A DNA stretch of 64,000 nt from Octopus vulgaris (lineage: Eukaryota). Shown here piece after piece: positions 55,697 through 64,000 of this stretch. Both the position numbers and the translations under genes were made by a program. A model generated the notes under the pieces. That model ran no database searches and was not told the origin of the DNA. It worked only from the letters and a program-made list of their open reading frames with translations. Each line of letters begins with the position of its first letter. Position 1 is the first letter of the stretch. Location: the NCBI GenBank assembly GCA_951406725.2, contig OX597842.1:18724001-18788000 (forward strand). Reading direction: 5' to 3'.

Positions 55697-57650
55697 CTAT
55701 GCGCTTTCTCTTGCTCCTGCTACTGACGTCGTTCTGTTGATTGTCTCCCTTTGTTTCCAGTATATCTTTGCTAACTTCATAGCTTCCCGAGGCTTTTGTT
55801 TTCTGGCTCTCTCATCATCAGAGTGAAACAATGTGCTGATTGCTTTCGATTTTATGACTTTGAATTCCTTAACCGTTGACGAAAATGGTAGACGGAATAT
55901 AAAATTTTTACTGTACAGATTGACTGAACTGAAACTTGTGGTAATGCCCACATTCGAGCGAATTCTATTGTATAGGCCTTTCCCTAGAGTCAACCAGATT
56001 CATTAGCAAAGTCGTAAAGTAAGAATGGCCACTGAAGGCGGCGAGCTGGCAGAAACGTTAGCACGCCGGGCGAAACGCGTAGCCGTATTTCGTCTGCCGT
56101 TACGCTCTGAGTTCAAATTCCGCCGAGGTCGACTTTGCCTATCATCCTTTCGGGGTTGATAAATTAAGTACCAGTTACGCACTGGGGTCGATATAATCGA
56201 CTTAATCCTTTGTCTGCCCTTGTCTGTCCCCTCTGTGTTTAGCCTCTTGTGGGTAGTAAAGAAAAAGGTATTTCGTCTGTCTTTACGTTCTGAGTTCAAA
56301 TTCCGCCGAGGTCGACTTTGCCTTTCATCCTTTCGGGGTCGATTAAATAAGTACCAGCTACGCACTGGGGTCGATATAATCGACTTAATCCCTTTGTCTG
56401 CCCTTGATGTCCCCTCTGTGTGTAGCCCCTTGTGGGTAGTAAAGAAAAAGGTATTTCGTCTGTCTTTACGTTCTGAGTTCAAATTCCGCCGAGGTCGACT
56501 TTGCCTATCATCCTTTCGGGGTCGATTAAATAAGTACCAGTTACGCACTGGGGTCGATGTAATCGACTTAATCCGTCTGTCTGTCCTTATTTGTCCTCTC
56601 TGTGTTTGGCCCCTTGTGGGTAGTAAAGAAATAGGTATTTCGTCTGCCGTTACGTTCTGAGTTCAAATTCCGCCGAGGTCGACTTTGCCTTTCATCCTTT
56701 CGGCGTCGATTAAATAAGTACCAGTTACGCACTGGGGTCGATATAATCGATTAATCCCTTTGTCTGCCCTTGTCTGTCCCCTCTGTGTGTAGCCCCTTGT
56801 GGGTAGTAAAGAAAAATGTATTTCGTCTGTCTTTACGTTCTGAGTTCAAATTCCGCCGAGGTCGACTTTGCCTATCATCCTGTCGGGGTCGATTAAATAA
56901 GTACCAGTTACGCACTGGGGTCGATGTAATCGACTTAATCCGTCTGTCTGTCCTTATTTGTCCTCTCTGTGTTTGGCCCCTTGTGGGTAGTAAAGAAATA
57001 GGTATTTCGTCTGCCGTTACGTTCTGAGTTCAAATTCCGCCGAAGTCGACTTTGCCTTTCATCCTTTCGGGGTCGATTAAATAAGTACCAGTTACGCACT
57101 GGGGTCCGATATAATCGACTGAATCACTTTGTCTGCCCTTGTTTGTCCTCTCTGTGTGTAGCCCCTTGTGGGCAGTAAAGAAATAAGAATGGCCACTGAA
57201 GTCTGGGTATAAAATCATACTGGAAGCGGCATACTTTAAACCTTCCAATTAATCGGCTACAGTCTATGGATTTCAGCCAGTTCTCTGGTTGGATCTTTGT
57301 GCTTACGGCATTGCCATTATGTTTAGGAGTATGATCGTACCTTTTCCCAAACTGTCGAACTCCTTTTTGTTTTAGGATTATTAGAATAGGATCCTGAGAT
57401 TTCGCTGGATTGAATTTCAGGTGTGACAACGTGGCCATCTTCTACAGCCAGCTCATTGTCAGCCGCGTCCCTTCAGTTGATTGAGGCATAACTGTTACGT
57501 CGTCAAGGAACGCTCTGCATACTCGAATTTTTGCTTGCGTTTTCATTAGTTTTCTGGATCTCTCCTCTGCTTCCTTCTCACTTCTAGAAGTAGGTTCATG
57601 ACCGCCACAAATAGCTCCACGGAAATTGTACACACTACCATGATGCTTTT
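55697..57650 (-). mobile_element. Degenerate Hero/R2-group (RLE) non-LTR retrotransposon RT fragment, split by a SINE array
   Basis: IMVVCTISVELFVAVMNLLL...RAFLDDVTVM...LKFNPAKS...FGKRYD...GRFKVCRFQYDFIPRLQWPFL...SFSSVNLYS..RLPFSSTVKEFK. Confidence 0.7.
56038..57183 (+). mobile_element. SINE hexamer (head plus ~6 bodies) with 18-bp TSD
   Basis: TSD taagaatggccactgaag at 56020-56037 and 57184-57201. Confidence 0.88.
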
Positions 57651-60600
57651 TCTCCTCTCCTTTCCCTCCGCCTTTCTCTCCCCTTTACACCGTCCGGAGA
57701 GAAAGGCGGAGGGAAAGGAGAGGAGAAAAAGCATCATGGTAGTGTGTACAATTTCCGTGGAACTATTTGTGGCGGTCATGAATCATATCACGAAAGTGAG
57801 AGAGAAAGAGAGAGAGAGGGGGACGGTGAGAAGGGGAGAGAAAGGCGGAGGGAAAGGAGAGGAGAAAAAGCATCATGGTAGTGTGTACAATTTCCGTGGA
57901 GCTATTTGTGGCGGTCATGAATCATATCACGAAAGTGAGAGAGAAAGAGAGAGAGAGGGGGACGGTGAGAAGGGGAGAGAAAGGCGGAGGGAAAGGAAAG
58001 GAGAAAAAGCATCATGGTAGTGTGGTACAATTTCCGTGGAGCTATTTGTGGCGGTCATGAATCATATCACGAAAGTGAGAGAGAAAGAGAGGGAGAGGTG
58101 GGGACGGTGAGAAGGGGAGAGAAAGGCGGAGGGAACGGATAGGAGAAAAAGCATCATGGTTGTGTGTACAATTTCCGTGGAGCTATTTGTGGCGGTCATG
58201 AATCATATCACGAAAGTGAGAGAGAAAGACAGAGAGAGGGGGGGACGGTGAGAAGGGGAGAGAAAGGCGGAGGGAAAGGAGAGGAGAAAAAGCATCATGG
58301 TAGTGTGTACAATTTCCGTGGAGAGAGGAAAGGAAGGGAGAAAAAGCATCATGGTAGTGTGTACAATTTCCGTGGAGCTATTTGTGGCGGTCATGAATCA
58401 TATCACGAAAGTGAGAGAGAAAGAGAGGGAGAGGTGGGGACGGTGAGAAGGGGAGAGAAAGGCGGAGGGAACGGATAGGAGAAAAAGCATCATGGTTGTG
58501 TGTACAATTTCCGTGGAGCTATTTGTGGCGGTCATGAATCATATCACGAAAGTGAGAGAGAAAGACAGAGAGAGGGGGACGGTGAGAAGGGGAGAGAAAG
58601 GCGGAGGGAAAGGAGAGGAGAAAAAGCATCATGGTAGTGTGTACAATTTCCGTGGAGAGAGGGGGGACGGTGAGAAGGGGAGAGAAAGGCGGAGGGAAAG
58701 GAGATCAGAAAAAGCATCATGGTAGTGTGTACAATTTCCGTGGAGCTATTTGTGGCGGTCATGAACCTACTTCTAGAAGTGAGAAGGAAGCAGAGGAGAG
58801 ATCCAGAAAACTAATGAAAACGCAAGCAAAAATTCGAGTATGCAGAGCGTTCCTTGACGACGTAACAGTTATGCCTCAATCAACTGAAGGGACGCGGCTG
58901 ACAATGAGCTGGCTGTAGAAGAAGGCCACGTTGTCACACCTGAAAGAGAAAGAGAGGGGGGACGGTGAGAAAGGGAGAGAAAGGCGGAGGGAAAGGAGAG
59001 GAGAAAAAGCATCATGGTAGTGTGTACAATTTCCGTGGAGCTATTTGTGGCGGTCATGAATCATATCACGAAAGTGAGAGAGAAAGAGAGGGCGAGGTGG
59101 GGATTGTGAGAAGGGGAGAGAAAGGCGGAGGGAAAGGAGAGGAGAAAAAGCATCATGGTAGTGTGTACAATTTCCGTGGAACTATTTGTGGCGGTCATGA
59201 ATCATATCACGAAAGTGAGAGAGAAAGAGAGAGAGGGGGACGGTGAGAAGGGGAGAAAGGCGGAGGGAAGGAGAGGAGAAAAAGCATCATGGTAGTGTGT
59301 ACAATTCCGTGGAGCTATTTGTGGCGGTCATGAATCATATCACGAAAGTGAGAGAGAAAGAGAGAGAGAGGGGGACGGTGAGAAGGGAGAGAGGCGAGGA
59401 GGAAAGGAAAGGAGAAAAAGCATCATGGTAGTGTGTACAATTTCCGTGGAGCTATTTGTGCGGTCATGAATCATATCACGAAAGTGAGAGAGAAAGAGAG
59501 GGAGAGGTGGGGACGGTGAGAAGGGGAGAGAAGGCGGAGGGAACGGATAGGAGAAAAAGCATCATGGTTGTGTGTACAATTTCCGTGGAGCTATTTGTGG
59601 CGGTCATGAATCATATCACGAAAGTGAGAGAGAAAGACTTCGTGATATGATTCATGACCGCCACAAATAGCTCCACGAAAATTGTACACACTACCATGAT
59701 GCTTTTTCTCCTCCCTCCTTTCCCTCCGCCTTTCTCTCCCCTTCTCACCGTCCCCCTCTCTCTCTCTTTCTCTCTCACTTTCGTGATATGATTCATGACC
59801 ACCACAAATAGCTCCACGGAAATTGTACACACTACCATGATGCTTTTTCTCCTCTCCTTTCCCTCCGCCTTTCTCTCCCCTTCTCACCGTCCCCCCTCTC
59901 TACCTCTCTTTCTCTCTCACTTTCGTGATATGATTCATGACCGCCACAAATAGCTCCACGGAAATTGTACACACTACCATGATGCTTTTTCTCCTCTCCT
60001 TTCCCTCCGCCTTTCTCTCCCCTTCTCACCGTCCCTCTCCCTCCCTCTCTTTCTCTCTCACTTTCGTGATATGATTCATGACCGCCACAAATACCTCCAC
60101 GGAAATTGTACACACTACCATGATGATTTTCTCCTCTCCTTTCCCTCCGCCTTTCTCTCCCCTTCTCACCGTCCCCCTCTCTCTCTCTCTTTCTCTCTCA
60201 CTTTCGTGATATGATTCATGACCGCCACAAATAGCTCCACGGAAATTGTACACACTACCATGATGCTTTTTCTCCTCTCCTTTCCCTCCGCCTTTCTCTC
60301 CCTTTCTCACCGTCCCCCTCTCTCTTTCTCTCTCACTTTCGTGATATGATTCATGACCGCCACAAATAGCTCCACGGAAATTGTACACACTACCATGATG
60401 CTTTTCTCCTCTCCTTTCCCTCCGCCTTTCTCTCCCCTTCTCACCGTCCCCTCTCTCTCTCTCTTTCTCTCTCACTTTCGTGATATGATTCATGACCGCC
60501 ACAACTAGCTCCACGGAAATTGTACACACTACCTTGATGCTTTTTCTCCTCTCCTTTCCCTCCGCCTTTCTCTCCCCTTCTCACCGTCCCCCGTTTCTCT

Positions 60601-63600
60601 CTCTTTCTCTCTCACTTTTGTGATATGATTCATGACCGCCACAAATAGCTCCACGGAAATTGTACACACTACCATGATGCTTTTTCTCCTCTCCTTTTCC
60701 CTCCGCCTTTCTCTCCCCTTCTCACCGTCCCCCTCTCTCTGTCTTTCTCTCTCACTTTCGTGATATGATTCATGACAGACACAAATAGCTCCACGGAAAT
60801 TGTACACACAACCATGATGCTTTTTCTCCTATCCGTTCCCTCCGCCTTTCTCTCCCCTTCTCACCGTCCCCAACTCTCCCTCTCTTTCTCTCTCACTTTC
60901 GTGATATGATTCATGACCGCCACAAATAGCTCCACGGAAATTGTACACACTACCATGATGCTTTTTCTCCTCTCCTTTCCCTCCGCCTTTCTCTCCCCTT
61001 CTCACCGTCCCCCCTCTCTCTGTCTTTCTCTCTCACTTTCGTGATATGATTCATGACCGCCACAAATAGCTCCACGGAAATTGTACACACAACCATGATG
61101 CTTTTTCTCCTATCCGTTCCCTCCGCCTTTCTCTCCCTTCTCACCGTCCCCAACTCTCCCTCTCTTTCTCTCTCACTTTCGTGATATGATTCATGACCGC
61201 CACAAATAGCTCCACGGAAATTGTACACACTACCATGATGCTTTTTCTCCTCTCCTTTCCCTCCGCCTTTCTCTCCCCTTCTCACCGTCCCCCCTCTCTC
61301 TGTCTTTCTCTCTCACTTTCGTGATATGATTCATGACCGCCACAAATAGCTCCACGGAAATTGTACACACAACCATGATGCTTTTTCTCCTATCCGTTCC
61401 CTCCGCCTTTCTCTCCCCTTCTCACCGTCCCCACCTCTCCCTCTCTTTCTCTCTCACTTTCGTGATATGATTCATGACCGCCACAAATAGCTCCACGGAA
61501 ATTGTACACACTACCATGATGCTTTTTCTCCTTTCCTTTCCCTCCGCCTTTCTCTCCCCTTCTCACCGTCCCCCTCTCTCTCTCTTTCTCTCTCACTTTC
61601 GTGATATGATTCATGACCGCCACAAATAACTCCACGGAAATTGTACACACTACCATGATGCTTTTTCTCCTCTCCTTTCCCTCCGCCTTTCTCTCCCCTT
61701 CTCACAATCCCCACCTCGCCCTCTCTTTCTCTCTCACTTTCGTGATATGATTCATGACCGCCACAAATAGCTCCACGGAAATTGTACACACTACCATGAT
61801 GCTTTTTCTCCTCTCCTTTCCCTCCGCCTTTTTCTCTCCTTCTCACCGTCCCCCCTCTCTCTCTCTTTCTCTCTCACTTTCGTGATATGATTCATGACAG
61901 CCACAAATAGCTCCACGGAAATTGTACACACTACCATGATGCTTTTTCTCCTCTCCTTTCCCTCCGCTTATCTCTCCCCTTCTCACCGTCCCCCCTCTCT
62001 CTCTCTTTCTCTCTCACTTTCGTGATATGATTCATGACCGCCACAAATAGCTCCACGGAAATTGTACACACTACCATGATGCTTTTTCTCCTCTCCTTTC
62101 CCTCCGCCTTTCTCTCCCCTTCTCACCGTCCCCCTCTCTCTCTCTCTTTCTCTCTCACTTTCGTGATATGATTCATGACCGCCACAAATAGCTCCACGGT
62201 AATTGTACACACTACCATGATGCTTTTTCTCCTCTCCTTTACCTCCGCCGTTCTCTCCCCTTTTCACCGTCCCCCCTCTCTCTCTCTTTCTCTCTCACTT
62301 TCGTGATATGATTCATGACCGCCACAAATAGCTCCACGGAAATTGTACACACTACCATGATGCTTTTTCTTCTCTCCTTTCCCTCCGCCTTTCTCTCCCC
62401 TTTTCACCGTCCCCCTCTCTCACTCTTTCTCTCTCACTTTCGTGCTATGATTCATGACCGCCACAAATAGCTCCACGGAAATTGTACACACTACCATGAT
62501 GCTTTTTCTCCTCTCCTTTCCCTCCGCATTTCTCTCCCCTTCTCACCGTCCCCCTCTCTCTCTCTTTCTCTCTCACTTTCGTGATATGATTCATGACCGC
62601 CACAAATAGCTCCACGGAAATTGTTCACACTACCATGATGCTTTTTCTCCTCTCCTTTCCCTCCGCCTTTCTCTCCCCTTCTCACAGTCCCTCTCTCTCT
62701 CTCTCTTTCTCTCTCACTTTCGTGATATGATTCATGACCGCCACAAATAGCTCCACGGAAATTGTACACACTACCATTATGGTTTTTCTCCTCTCCTTTC
62801 CCTCCGCCTTTCTCTCCCCTTCTCACCATCCCCTCTCTCTCTCTCTTTCTCTCTCACATTCGTGATATGATTCATGACCGCCACAAATAGCTCCACGGAA
62901 ATTGTACACGCTACCATGATGCTTTTTCTCCTCTCCTTTCCCTCTGCCTTTCTCTCCCCTTCTCACCATCCCCCCTCTCCCTGTCTTTCTCTCTCACTTT
63001 CGTGATATGATTCATGACCGCCACAAATAGTTCCACGGAAATTGTACACACAACCATGATGCTTTTTCTCCTCTCCTTTCCCTCCGACTTCCTCTCCCCT
63101 TCTCACCGTCGCTCCTCTCTCTCTCTTTCTCCCTTACTTTCGTGATATGATTCATGACCGCCACAAATAGTTCCACGGAAATTGTACACACTACCATGAT
63201 GCTTTTTCTCCTCTCCTTTCCCTCCGCCTTTCTCTCCCCTTCTCACCGTCCCCACCTCTCCCTCTCTTTCTCTCTCACTTTCGTGATATGATTCATGACC
63301 TCCACAAATAGCTCCACGGAAATTGTACACACTACCATGATGCTTTTTCTCCTCTCCTTTCCCTCCGCCTTTCTCTCCCCTTCTCACCGCCCCCTCTCTC
63401 TCTCTTTCTCTCTCACTTTCGTGATATGATTTATGACCGCCACAAATAGCTCCACGGAAATTGTACACACTAGCATGATGCTTTTTCTCCTCTCCTTTCC
63501 CTCCGCCTTTCTCTCCCCTTCTCACCGTCCCCCCTCTCTCTCTTTCTCTCTCACTTTCGTGATATGATTCATGACCGCCACAAATAGTTCCACGGAAATT

Positions 63601-64000
63601 GTACACACTACCATGATGCTTTTTCTCCTCTCCTTTCCCTCCGCCTTTCTCTCCCCTTCTCACCGTCCCCACTTCTCCCTCTCTTTCTCTCTCACTTTCG
63701 TGATGTGATTCATGACCGCCACAAATAGCTCCACGGAAATTGTACACACTACCATGATGCTTTTTCTCCTCTCCTTTCCCTCCGCCTTTCTCTCCCCTTC
63801 TCACCGTCCCCACCTCTCCCTCTCTTTCTCTTTCACTTTCGTGATATGATTCATGACCGCCACAAATAGCTCCACGGAAATTGTACACACTACCATGATG
63901 CTTTTTCTCCTCTCCTTTCCCTCCGCCTTTCTCTCCCCTTCACACCGTCCACTCTCTCTCTCTCTTTCTCTCTCACTTTCGTGATATGATTCATGACCGC
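57594..64000. repeat. ~140-bp satellite (LINE RT fragment plus GA-rich tract), >40 units, orientation switches at ~57690 and ~59638; runs off the window
   Basis: Unit gcatcatggtagtgtgtacaatttccgtggagctatttgtggcggtcatgaatcatatcacgaaagtgagagag...ggagaaaaa. Confidence 0.93.

Noticed and set aside
57598-63888. Repetitive 'HHGSVYNFRGAICGGHES' protein
   Set aside because: Frames shift with GA-tract length and the strand flips; it is an alternative frame of the satellite unit.

Overview
AT-rich, microsatellite- and SINE-dense animal genomic DNA. The repeat families look cephalopod (Octopus-like); that assignment is my inference. 4.5-30.5 kb (+ strand) holds 11 phase-compatible exons of an adhesion GPCR (GAIN/GPS motif CxCNHL|TSFAMLM, 7TM, about 577 aa visible, N-terminus not located). 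The rest is a transposon landscape: tRNA-derived SINEs and SINE multimers, Helitron-type and mariner/MITE DNA elements, CR1 3' ends, an R4/Dong-like RLE LINE cluster in TAA repeats, and a Hero-like LINE whose RT motif seeded a ~140-bp satellite (57.6-64 kb). The most notable object is at 36,640-41,039: a near-identical 490/491-nt tandem repeat (8 forward copies plus 1 inverted copy) inserted in a (TA)n tract. Every unit carries a complete type I hammerhead ribozyme with an unusually long, G-U-rich stem II, i.e. a candidate retrozyme / circular-RNA-producing element. Several minimal Penelope-type hammerhead motifs occur elsewhere, one fused to a tRNA-like SINE head. Most ORFs in the supplied track are microsatellite or repeat artefacts.
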